IMG/VR virus record: IMGVR_UViG_3300042880_000230
Length of the DNA: 20,000 nt
Direction: 5' to 3' (one strand)
From: an uncultured virus (IMG/VR IMGVR_UViG_3300042880_000230)
Taxonomy: Duplodnaviria; Heunggongvirae; Uroviricota; Caudoviricetes
Below, piece after piece: positions 9,348 through 17,512 of the stretch. The notes under the pieces are model-generated. The model had not been told where the DNA came from. It saw only the letters and a list, made by a program, of their open reading frames with translations, and made no database searches. A program made the position numbers and the translations under genes. Each line of letters starts with the position of its first letter. Position 1 is the first letter of the stretch.

Positions 9348-10988
9348 TCAGGCAGCGAAGTTAAACCCTAGAAACACAGTTTTTTGCGTCAAGGATGGAG
9401 TTTCCTTCGGCATGAAGGCGCGGCGGAACGAAGCGATGACGCTCTTCGTCTGCTTCTTCTTGTCCATGTCGGTCTCGACCGTAAACCCACGGCGGACGCC
9501 GAGATACCAGCTAGGCTTGTGGACGATAAGCATAGAGCCTTTCGTAGCCGTGACGCCGTCGTAGACGCCTGTTGCGTTAAGATCCTCCCGGACACGCTCG
9601 GAGACGATAATAGGCACTCCGTAGATAACACCCGCCACACCAGTCAGGATACGCGCTAGTGCAGGATTGCCCACCTTTTCTGCGGTCAAGGTTTCTGCTA
9701 GGCCGACAAGGTCGTTATAGCCGGAAGGGCCTGCGACAATAACCAGATCGCTGCGCCGAATACCCCATTTACCCAAGACTTTTAGAGCGCCTAGGATGTT
9801 AGCGTTAGTAACGCCACCACTCCAGTTGCCCGTAAGCGTAGCCGTCAAAGCCCGCTTACGAAGACCGAGCCACAGCTTGGACGGGGCGGTAGCCGCAGTG
9901 CCCGTGTCCATGTGAGTCGCTGTGGTATCTCCGTTGATGATAGCGTCTTCCAGAGCGTCCGCTGCGCCGAGGGCTAGGTCGTCTTGGAGCATAGGCAGGA
10001 TAGGCACGATAGCATCTTCGTCCGCCTCGTAGGAGTAGTCAGCGATGCCGATGAGCTTCTGCGCGTCTAGCGTGACAAGCCCGGTGCCTGGTTCAGACCC
10101 GACAGGATCAGTTCCAGGAGCTTCCGAACCTAGGCGGTATTGCGTCCGCGAAGTCTTGAGCGGGAGCTTGTAGGTGTCCGTCGGCATAACGACTTCTTGC
10201 GAAATCATAGCCGCAGCGAGCGGACTGTCCAAGTACAGACGCATCTGGAGTTCGCTAGACAGATCGCTAGGGATAAGCTCTGCACCAGTCGCCGCGCCGC
10301 CAGTAGTCAGCGTCTTCGCACGAAGGCCATCTAGCGCTTTAGTCCCGGAGGCGATAGCGCGGTCGAACATCTTAGCGTCGATGCCTTCGCGCTGGTTAGC
10401 TCCGAGGCAGACGTTGAGAAGCTCCTTCTGCGCAACCGTTAGGTTGCCCTTCCGGTGAACAATCACGTCAGTACCGAAGTCGGTCGGGAAGACGTTCTTG
10501 CTGTTAGTGCGCTGCGAGTTGAGCGCCGTCGTCAGTGCGCTGGCTAGCTGCTCCGCAGTAAGAGCGCCCTTTTGCGCTTCAGCAATCGCGGCTTTGATAG
10601 CCTCGGCAGTGTCAGCGGCGTTGCCCGCAGGAGTGAATGCGGCTAGCGCATTCTTCACAGCGGTCTGCACGTCAGCGAGTTTGACGTGGCCTTGGTTAGC
10701 TTCTTCAATCGCCTTGAGGATAGCAGCCTGATCGACGCCTTTCGCGGCGAGGGTATCGGCTAGGGCCGAGGAGACCATGCCTTTAAGCTGGTCGGCGGTC
10801 AGAGCCGTGTCGCCTTCGTCTTCAAGAGCGAGGGCTTCGGTAACGAACTTCTCGTCCAGCGTGAGCTTTTCAGCTTCTGCTAGGGACTTGAGCGTGGCGA
10901 GTTCCGCCACATCGTCAGGAGACAGTTGCAGGGCGGTCTTGGAGAGCAAGACGGCGAGGCGCTTGCGTTGAGCATTAGTTAGTTTCAT
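9348..10988 (-). CDS. Major capsid protein, HK97 fold, with long N-terminal scaffold (delta) domain
   Basis: About 225 aa of helical Ala/Lys/Glu-rich N-terminus, then KTLTTGGAATGAELIPSDLSSEL, VTLDAQKL, EDAIINGD, GVIYGVPIIVS, typical of HK97-like capsids; HK97 protease upstream. Confidence 0.93.
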   Translation of the reverse strand: MKLTNAQRKRLAVLLSKTALQLSPDDVAELATLKSLAEAEKLTLDEKFVTEALALEDEGDTALTADQLKGMVSSALADTLAAKGVDQAAILKAIEEANQGHVKLADVQTAVKNALAAFTPAGNAADTAEAIKAAIAEAQKGALTAEQLASALTTALNSQRTNSKNVFPTDFGTDVIVHRKGNLTVAQKELLNVCLGANQREGIDAKMFDRAIASGTKALDGLRAKTLTTGGAATGAELIPSDLSSELQMRLYLDSPLAAAMISQEVVMPTDTYKLPLKTSRTQYRLGSEAPGTDPVGSEPGTGLVTLDAQKLIGIADYSYEADEDAIVPILPMLQDDLALGAADALEDAIINGDTTATHMDTGTAATAPSKLWLGLRKRALTATLTGNWSGGVTNANILGALKVLGKWGIRRSDLVIVAGPSGYNDLVGLAETLTAEKVGNPALARILTGVAGVIYGVPIIVSERVREDLNATGVYDGVTATKGSMLIVHKPSWYLGVRRGFTVETDMDKKKQTKSVIASFRRAFMPKETPSLTQKTVFLGFNFAA

Positions 10989-11077
10989 GGGGTGTGTTAG
11001 TGGGGTTTCTTTGGTTGAACTTGGCTTGCGTCGCCCGGTACTCCCATCGGTTTCTCCAGCGCCTTAAAGCTAAGGTG

Positions 11078-11108
11078 ATAGTTGCACAGGCTGGGCGCTA
11101 GTCAATAC
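11078..11108 (-). promoter_or_regulatory. Candidate promoter for the major capsid gene
   Basis: Minus strand reads gtaTTGACT-N11-TGTGc-AACTAT; same layout as the site upstream of the tail tube gene; weak -10. Confidence 0.4.
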
Positions 11109-11125
11109 TTTGCACGATGTGCAAA
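11109..11125. promoter_or_regulatory. Palindromic candidate operator TTTGCAC-gat-GTGCAAA
   Basis: Perfect 7-bp inverted repeat in the endolysin-capsid intergenic region, abutting a TTGACT hexamer. Confidence 0.5.
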
Positions 11126-11132
11126 TTTTCTT

Positions 11133-11741
11133 TTAGCCGATCAGGCAGTAGGGGATAGTGACTCGACTCCACCGCGTACCGAACAGGCGCACGGCTTCTC
11201 CTTTAGCTAGTGCGTAGAAGGCGTCCCACTGGTTAGGCGGCACAGTCTGGCATCCTAGCGAGGACGTTCCGTTCTTCCCGCCTCGGTGGATGTTGATTCC
11301 GAACATGCCTACCCACAAGCCTTTTCCGAGGCAGACGCCTCGCTTGTCTTCGGTTCCGGCCTTAACATTCTGCGTTCCGTCACGGTACACGATCACGGTC
11401 CCAGCCCGCTGGCAGATAGCCGGGTGAGGAGCAGAACCGTTATGCGTATCGAACTGGTACGACTCGTACCATCCGGGCTGGAGGGTAGCGATGTCCTGAC
11501 GCCAGGCCGACGGATCGACGTTAGCATTGAACCCGGCAAAGACGTTAGGCGTCAGGAGGAAGATGGCGTCGTCGTAGACCTTGCGGTCATTGCGGCCCTT
11601 ATCGCCCATGCTGTTGAGGTAGTACCCGCGTTTGCCGACAAGCAGGTAGTTAGGGATCTGCCTGTCAGGATACGCCTTCCGCATAAGGTCTAGCAAGCCC
11701 TGTCGTGTTTCCTTTGGAGTAGACGGTGGGAGCAGAGCCAT
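11133..11741 (-). CDS. Putative endolysin with L,D-transpeptidase (YkuD)-like His/Cys motif
   Basis: GINIHRGG..TSSLGCQTV resembles the YkuD H-G..S-x-G-C catalytic signature; last gene of a holin/lipoprotein cluster. Confidence 0.6.
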   Translation of the reverse strand: MALLPPSTPKETRQGLLDLMRKAYPDRQIPNYLLVGKRGYYLNSMGDKGRNDRKVYDDAIFLLTPNVFAGFNANVDPSAWRQDIATLQPGWYESYQFDTHNGSAPHPAICQRAGTVIVYRDGTQNVKAGTEDKRGVCLGKGLWVGMFGINIHRGGKNGTSSLGCQTVPPNQWDAFYALAKGEAVRLFGTRWSRVTIPYCLIG

Positions 11742-11746
11742 ATCGG

Positions 11747-12049
11747 TTACTTCTGAACTTCAACAGGCTGCTTGCCCGTGTTAGCCTTGCGGATGCTGAC
11801 CTGCGTTCCGACGCCTTCGTAGCTGAACGCCACAGTAGTATCGTACCCTGCACAGCCTCCGACGGACATAGACACAATCAGGATGATAACCGCTAGCACC
11901 AGTGACAGGACGCCTGCTTTTATAGCGGAGTTCCCGCCATGGAACGAAGACCGCTCGGCATGGTTGTCGCAGTTAGCGCACTCTTCGCGGAACTCGCAGA
12001 ACCCGCAATCGCATTCCGGCTCCGTAGTCGTGTGAAGGTCGGTTCTCAT
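11747..12049 (-). CDS. Putative lipoprotein / spanin-like protein with Cys-rich N-terminus
   Basis: CDCGFC..ECANC, then hydrophobic GVLSLVLAVIILIVSM ending in lipobox-like VGG-C; ATGA overlap with the holin-like gene. Confidence 0.45.
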   Translation of the reverse strand: MRTDLHTTTEPECDCGFCEFREECANCDNHAERSSFHGGNSAIKAGVLSLVLAVIILIVSMSVGGCAGYDTTVAFSYEGVGTQVSIRKANTGKQPVEVQK

Positions 12050-12267
12050 TTCGGCACCCCCGTCTTGTCTGCGTCCTTGCTAGCAAATCCGCTGAATGCG
12101 GCACCGAACCCGGCGACGCTAAGGCTGATCCGTTCGATGGATAGTGGAGCGCCGTTAGACACAGCGTACAGATGCTCGACGAGATTAAGCAGCGCCCCCA
12201 GGAAGGAAACGATACCGCCTAGCAGCGTCTTCTTGCTGGCGAGAAAAGGTTTCAGAGATTTAATCAT
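12046..12267 (-). CDS. Putative holin (73 aa, two hydrophobic segments)
   Basis: KKTLLGGIVSFLGALLNLV and ISLSVAGFGAAFSGFA helices, charged C-tail SKDADKTG, position upstream of the endolysin candidate. Confidence 0.6.
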   Translation of the reverse strand: MIKSLKPFLASKKTLLGGIVSFLGALLNLVEHLYAVSNGAPLSIERISLSVAGFGAAFSGFASKDADKTGVPK

Positions 12268-12297
12268 GCGGGACCGTAACGCACCGAGGGCCGCTAG

Positions 12298-12543
12298 TCA
12301 ATGCTCTGCGCCAGGGTCAGGCAATGGACCTGTCATAGCGTCAACCTCTGCCCGGAAAGGGCACTGGCGGACGTGGCACCGCTTAACAGCATCCTTGAAC
12401 CCGTACAGCCTGCCGACAAGGCTGCTCAGTGCCGTGATCTTCTTGTTCTGCGTGCGAGTATCCAGCCACAGTTTGCCCACGGCAACCGCCTGAATGGTTA
12501 GCACGGCGATGGTGAATTTGTCGTAGGAGGTCAAGCTGTCCAT
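12298..12543 (-). CDS. Small membrane-anchored protein of the lysis cassette
   Basis: Likely ATG at 12543 (MDSLTSYDK). One hydrophobic segment, a basic coiled-coil-like stretch, then CHVRQCPFR; lies upstream of holin-like and endolysin-like genes. Confidence 0.5.
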   Translation of the reverse strand: MDSLTSYDKFTIAVLTIQAVAVGKLWLDTRTQNKKITALSSLVGRLYGFKDAVKRCHVRQCPFRAEVDAMTGPLPDPGAEH

Positions 12544-12556
12544 GGCGTCCCCTATA

Positions 12557-13408
12557 TCAGAAAGGTGACAAATCCACAAGACCCTGCCGCAAAGAATGTT
12601 GCGCGGAAAACCCGGTGCGGGCGGCTTTCTCCGTCGATGCTAGCGAACGCCTGACTCCGCAATCCTGTGTCGGCGTTACGCGGATCGAAGACTTAGAGCG
12701 CGTCAGCATGCAGACCGCAGCCGCTAGCGTACCTAACGTAGTAGCTTTCCCTGTACCGACGTTATACACTCCGGCTCCGTGAAAGTCGAATGCGTAGTGG
12801 ATGATGGCTCTTACCACGTCTCTGACATGGACGAAGTCGCGGCTGACATCTGGAGAGCCGTGGATGTAGATAGGCTCGCCGCTAGCCGCTGCCCGAAGCA
12901 TAGCAGGAACGACGCCTCCTAGCTGGCTAGGGCCGTACACGTTAAAGAACCGCAGAGCCACAGCACTCCGATTCCTGCCAGCGTACTCCTCGACTGCCTG
13001 CTCGCCTAGCCGCTTAGTGTGCCCGTAGATGCAGGCAGGCGCTAGTCGGTCAGACTCTCTGCTAGCCCATCCCTTTCTGACTTCTCCGTAGACTGCGGCG
13101 CTGCTAGCAAAGACGACCCGCCTGACGCGAGCCTTGCGGGCGGCTTCTAAGACCGTGCGTGTGCCGTCTACGTTGACCGCCGCACAGCGCGAGGGATTAG
13201 CCAGCGCCTCGCCTACGCTAGAGACGGCAGCTAAGTGAATGACGGTGTCGGCACAAGCCACCGCCCTCTCCACTGCCTTTCGGTCTAGGATGTCGATGCC
13301 TCCCGGCAGGGCTAGGTCTAGCGCCTCTGCGTCCGCTAGATTTTGCAAGGCGTGCAACAGGTGCGTGCCTATGAATCCGGCTCCGCCTGTAACAATAACC
13401 TTTCGCAC
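12557..13408 (-). CDS. NAD-dependent nucleotide-sugar epimerase/dehydratase (extended SDR, GalE/WcaG-like)
   Basis: VTGGAGFIG Rossmann motif, VIHLAA, FASSAAVYG, catalytic YGHTK (YxxxK), LRFFNVYGP, RDFVHVRD, YNVGTG. Confidence 0.95.
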   Translation of the reverse strand: MRKVIVTGGAGFIGTHLLHALQNLADAEALDLALPGGIDILDRKAVERAVACADTVIHLAAVSSVGEALANPSRCAAVNVDGTRTVLEAARKARVRRVVFASSAAVYGEVRKGWASRESDRLAPACIYGHTKRLGEQAVEEYAGRNRSAVALRFFNVYGPSQLGGVVPAMLRAAASGEPIYIHGSPDVSRDFVHVRDVVRAIIHYAFDFHGAGVYNVGTGKATTLGTLAAAVCMLTRSKSSIRVTPTQDCGVRRSLASTEKAARTGFSAQHSLRQGLVDLSPF

Positions 13409-13414
13409 AGCCTT

Positions 13415-14050
13415 TTATGCTAGGATTTGCGCTATGCGCTCTGCGGTTAGTATGCCGACCGCTTGCAGCAGTTCAAGTCCGCTAGTAACACGCGGGTCGT
13501 CTGAGAATAAAGCAGAAGGCCAAGTTGATAGAGTTATGACTAGAGCGCGGACGGTAGGATGTGCGCTGACCGCAATAGCCTCTTTTTCGGAGCTAGTAAA
13601 AACCTCCCAGAATGCTGCGCTGTTAGCCCAAATTTTGCGCGTAGATGCGGCCAGCTCCTCCGCAGTCATATTCCGCACTTCCCAATCACGCTCTACTCGA
13701 TCAGAGTGCCACACTAGCAGAGGTTCCGCAACCATGCCTGAAATAACTTCAGGCGCGGCTAGCTTGACTAGCGGCACTACTTCAGGGGGAGTCCACAGCA
13801 GGCCAGGATATGCCGACGGATCTCGATTGATAGGCTCGAGCTGCGGCGTATCTGGAGCCGCGTCCTCCGACAGCACAGGGTCAGGAGCATTCCATGGTGC
13901 CCGAGGATCTTGATTCCATGGTGCCCGAGGATCTTGTGCGGTAAACATACCCGGCGGCGTAGCCGCTAGCCAGTCAGGCTCGCCGCAAGGTGTCGCCGGA
14001 AGATCGACGAGCTGGAGTGTGCTGGAAATTCCAAAGGTCTTCATAAGCAT
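13415..14050 (-). CDS. Fibre-associated protein (possible fibre assembly chaperone)
   Basis: ATG at 14050 lies 1 nt after the fibre TAA and is preferred over the listed 14080 start. The C-terminus FTSSEKEAI..DDPRVTSGLELL..GILTAERIAQIL resembles small proteins commonly encoded right after phage fibres. Confidence 0.55.
   Translation of the reverse strand: MLMKTFGISSTLQLVDLPATPCGEPDWLAATPPGMFTAQDPRAPWNQDPRAPWNAPDPVLSEDAAPDTPQLEPINRDPSAYPGLLWTPPEVVPLVKLAAPEVISGMVAEPLLVWHSDRVERDWEVRNMTAEELAASTRKIWANSAAFWEVFTSSEKEAIAVSAHPTVRALVITLSTWPSALFSDDPRVTSGLELLQAVGILTAERIAQILA
13889..13936. repeat. Perfect 24-bp tandem duplication (encodes QDPRAPWN x2)
   Basis: attccatggtgcccgaggatcttg at 13889-13912 and 13913-13936. 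Confidence 0.97.
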
Positions 14051-14051
14051 G

Positions 14052-17000
14052 TTAGGAGCCGATTGCCAGTTCTTGAGCAAAAATTACAGCCTGCCATCGC
14101 CAAGTCTGACCAGATACCCCGGTGCAGTTGACCTCAAGGGAGTCGGTACCGTCCGAGACTGTAACGGAGATAGATGTTGTCGCTGTGACGTCTGCTCCTA
14201 CTGTAGTTACGGCTCCGACTAGGCTGGATGTTCCCGCCACGTTCTTGTACGAAACCTGACGCATATACCGCGCCACGTCTCCCGCAGTGCTGGTTCCAGT
14301 AATCAGTATCAGAGCCTGTCCTACTGTATCCGTAGGGATGGACATCCCTGGCCGAGTTACTAGAGTCCATACAGATGTCCAGTTAGGCCCTACGCCAGGC
14401 TCTGTCGTAGCTCCGCTAGTGTGCGGTTGGCTTACATAACTCCCCTGCTTGTTGTAAACCCGCACTCCAGTACCGTAGAACGTGCCTGTCGTCCACTTCA
14501 CGCCCCAGGATTCGGAAAGAGGGACGGATGCGGCGGACCCCACACTGACTGCATGAAGTACAGTTGTTCGCGACAGGCTATCGCGTGACGTTGCCGAGAT
14601 AAGACCGCTATTGGCCACAGCGATACCTTGCCCAGGTCGAATACGCAGCGTTTCGACTAACTGGTTTTGAGTACTGCTTCCGCCAGCAGAGGCTGGCGCT
14701 GTACGCGCTATAAGCTCTCCACCTACCCCGCTACCGCACCCTCGAGACGAATCCAGAGTAAAAGATACCGACGCCAGTGAGGAATCTGCGACTGTTCCAG
14801 AGTTAATTGATATAGTCTGTGCTGAAATAACCGAAGTGTCAGAGACGCCGAGTTGCAGATTATTTGCGGCTCGCCTTCGGATATACAGGTCTGGCGAGCC
14901 AGGTACAGTAGTAGAGTTAGACCAAGATACGTTATAGTCGCTCCTGAGCCTGAGTCCTGTTACTGAAGAGTTAAGCTGCGCCACGGATAGGACGTTGCAC
15001 GCCGTAATTGATGTCGCGCCAAACTCTGCTGCTACCCCAGACCCCGAAATATAGTTACCATTAGCACCTACCTGAAGACGTAGTATGGTCTGCCATGCAC
15101 CTCCAGAAACTCGTCCTTGAAACGCTAACTGAGATGTTGGATCAGCAGCACCGCTTGCGTTTAGGCTGTATGACCTCCACTCCGTAACTCGAGACTCCGC
15201 TGGAGTTGACGCCCACCCAGCCCCGAGCCACGCTATAGCAGGGCTGTTCTGATTAAGGACAGCAGTAGATGCAGTAGTGTTTCGCAGCGTCAGGTACGGA
15301 GTAATGCCAGCCCCTATCGCTTCTGCGTTACCTAGCGTGATCGTGCTGCCGGAAACAGAAGAGTTGGTAACAGACTCAAACGCGCCCGCGTTGTTGTACT
15401 GAAGCTCTCCGGTGGCTCCGCCAGGTGTTCCTCCGCTTCCGCCAGCAGGCGCTGCCCACGTCCCATCGGCTCGTAGAAAATTCGTAGTGCCTCCACCGGA
15501 CGCAGGCGCTAGCCCTTTGACCGAGGTAGTAAACGTGTCTAGGACGGCGGTTGCGGCAGCACTATTTGCTGCTGTCATTAAGCTCTGCCCGGTAGCTGTG
15601 CTGTTAGAGATGTCAGCCGCCACTAGCGTTACAGTTCCGGTCTTGCCTGCAACAGAAAGCACGGGAGCAGTAGGATAGGACAGTGAAGTCCAGTTGCCGA
15701 TAGAGCTGCTAGGCTCGGCGGTAACGATGTAGACCTTACCATCGTCGCTCCTGATAGCCCAGTCTCCGCGCTGGCCTACTAATGCTAGCATCGCTGCTTG
15801 GTTAGCTACGGTGCCGAGATACTGACTGATGGCTAGGTCAGGAAGTTGCGCAGTATCCAGCTTCCCGCCTACCAGATCCGCTTTAGCAGACAGCGCCGTG
15901 TCTAGACCCGTAATCGTACTAGTAGCCTGTGTACCTGTATGGTTAGTGCGGCTTAACAGGTAGGCGTCCGTAGAGTTAGCGCTGAAATTGCTAGGGTTGC
16001 TGCTTGGGTAAGCGCCAATAAGCGTAAGCGTCTGCGCCGCCGTCTTCGACTCCCACACGTTAGTGCTTGCGTTTTTCACAAGCACCGCAACCTGACCGGA
16101 CAGGCTGTCAGTTACGTTATGCAGTTCGCCTAGCTCATACCCGTTGTCTACCTTAATGAAGAGACTGCCGACCGTAGCGTGGACGCGCTCGACATATGCT
16201 ACGCGGACGCCGTGCTGTGGAGCAGGAGGCTCGGTAGCTGTTAGTGTCCCTGCCGTAGAGGATAGGAACATGAGAGCGCCAGCCGTCAGCAGCGAGGTGT
16301 CGAGATTGTACATCGGACCCTGCACTTGGACAAATCCTTCCGCGCCAGCCGCAATCGTCTGCGACACCAGACCTAGCGTGCCTGCGCTAGTAGATTCCGA
16401 TGCAGCGCTAGCCAGACGGACTGCGACCCGGTTGCCTTGCGCTCCGCTAATGTAGACAACCTGACCTCGCGTCATTGTCAGGGCAGTGTCGTTATACACC
16501 CTAACGTACTGCTGCACCCCTAGCTTCAAGGTAACGGTCTCAATCCCGACTTCCGGCACCTTTTCACCTGAGTCGTAGCGCATAACGCCAGCGGACAGGG
16601 CGGTGGTCGGAGTCTGCGCAAGCACTAGCGCATCCGTAGAGACTGCGCCTGCGTCGCTTACGCTAGCTCCGCTGTTCTGAATAACTTTGCCCGTCGTTCC
16701 GTCGAATCGGACGATAGCGTTATCGGTAGAACTAGCAGGTCCGGTCACGTCGCCAGATGCTGCGGCGCTTGACAGCTTCCAGACGGTTTCCCACGAAGCG
16801 CCTGTCCCCGGCTCTGTAGCTAGCGCAGAGGTGTGTGCTGCCGTACAAAGGTAGGCGTTCCCGTCGTTGCCTACGACCGTGTCGAGGGCATACGCTACGC
16901 CGGACTGCCAAGCCGCACCGCCGTAGACCCTAACAGACACTGTCTTGGTCGTAGGGTTAAGCGATACCGTTCCAGCGCCCAGCACCGAAAATGTTAGAGT

Positions 17001-17480
17001 ATCGTCACGACCAGAGGCTGTGATGCTAGTGCTGCCTGCCGCCGCAACATACCGGAAGACGTTCGACGCATAGAGCGATGGCGCTGGAGGCGGAGCGCCG
17101 ATGTCGCTTGCCGGATTAGCCTGCAAGGTCAGACGCCCTAGCACAAAAACCGTCTTGATCCCGCCAGTGCCAGTCCCGCGAACTACGAGGTAGAACGTGC
17201 GCGACAGGATCGAAGGCGCGGACGGCAGCAGGTTAGTCTGCTCCGGCGTAAAGGATAGCAGGTGCGGGCCGGAGCCTAGCGTCCCGACGTAGGTAACGGT
17301 AGCTAGCGGGTCTTCTCCTAAATTCGCGTTCTGGTAAATCTCCGCAACCAGTTCCTCGAAAGTGCCGTTAGAGAGGTCTCCTTCGCAAGACAGGATGAGT
17401 GTGTTAGCGTTGTACGCTACGACCGAGACCGGGACTACGCCGGAGGTTGAAAGGGCTAGGTTGACGGTCTGCGGTTCCAT
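14052..17480 (-). CDS. Large mosaic fibre / virion decoration protein (1142 aa)
   Basis: Ser/Thr/Gly/Ala-rich. Typical phage fibre modules: GDVTGPASSTDNAIVRFDGTTG, RTNHTGTQ, VLSVAGKTGTVTL, NFLRADGTWAAP, PGGATGELQYNNAGAF. Also two CBM5/12-like modules and a capsid-cement/head-fibre-like segment. Confidence 0.8.
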   Translation of the reverse strand: MEPQTVNLALSTSGVVPVSVVAYNANTLILSCEGDLSNGTFEELVAEIYQNANLGEDPLATVTYVGTLGSGPHLLSFTPEQTNLLPSAPSILSRTFYLVVRGTGTGGIKTVFVLGRLTLQANPASDIGAPPPAPSLYASNVFRYVAAAGSTSITASGRDDTLTFSVLGAGTVSLNPTTKTVSVRVYGGAAWQSGVAYALDTVVGNDGNAYLCTAAHTSALATEPGTGASWETVWKLSSAAASGDVTGPASSTDNAIVRFDGTTGKVIQNSGASVSDAGAVSTDALVLAQTPTTALSAGVMRYDSGEKVPEVGIETVTLKLGVQQYVRVYNDTALTMTRGQVVYISGAQGNRVAVRLASAASESTSAGTLGLVSQTIAAGAEGFVQVQGPMYNLDTSLLTAGALMFLSSTAGTLTATEPPAPQHGVRVAYVERVHATVGSLFIKVDNGYELGELHNVTDSLSGQVAVLVKNASTNVWESKTAAQTLTLIGAYPSSNPSNFSANSTDAYLLSRTNHTGTQATSTITGLDTALSAKADLVGGKLDTAQLPDLAISQYLGTVANQAAMLALVGQRGDWAIRSDDGKVYIVTAEPSSSIGNWTSLSYPTAPVLSVAGKTGTVTLVAADISNSTATGQSLMTAANSAAATAVLDTFTTSVKGLAPASGGGTTNFLRADGTWAAPAGGSGGTPGGATGELQYNNAGAFESVTNSSVSGSTITLGNAEAIGAGITPYLTLRNTTASTAVLNQNSPAIAWLGAGWASTPAESRVTEWRSYSLNASGAADPTSQLAFQGRVSGGAWQTILRLQVGANGNYISGSGVAAEFGATSITACNVLSVAQLNSSVTGLRLRSDYNVSWSNSTTVPGSPDLYIRRRAANNLQLGVSDTSVISAQTISINSGTVADSSLASVSFTLDSSRGCGSGVGGELIARTAPASAGGSSTQNQLVETLRIRPGQGIAVANSGLISATSRDSLSRTTVLHAVSVGSAASVPLSESWGVKWTTGTFYGTGVRVYNKQGSYVSQPHTSGATTEPGVGPNWTSVWTLVTRPGMSIPTDTVGQALILITGTSTAGDVARYMRQVSYKNVAGTSSLVGAVTTVGADVTATTSISVTVSDGTDSLEVNCTGVSGQTWRWQAVIFAQELAIGS

Positions 17481-17512
17481 TTGCCTGACTGATACTCCCG
17501 CCGCAGGCTAAG

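Noticed and set aside
10989..11132. Possible tRNA or structured ncRNA in the largest intergenic gaps
   Set aside because: No cloverleaf or T-loop consensus; the gaps are short and explained by promoter, terminator and leader elements.
6540..14370. Alternative-frame minus-strand ORFs (6540-6845, 9389-9640, 11665-11877, 14134-14370), including a possible nested Rz1-like gene at 11665-11877
   Set aside because: They overlap better-supported genes; 11665-11877 has no hydrophobic signal or lipobox.
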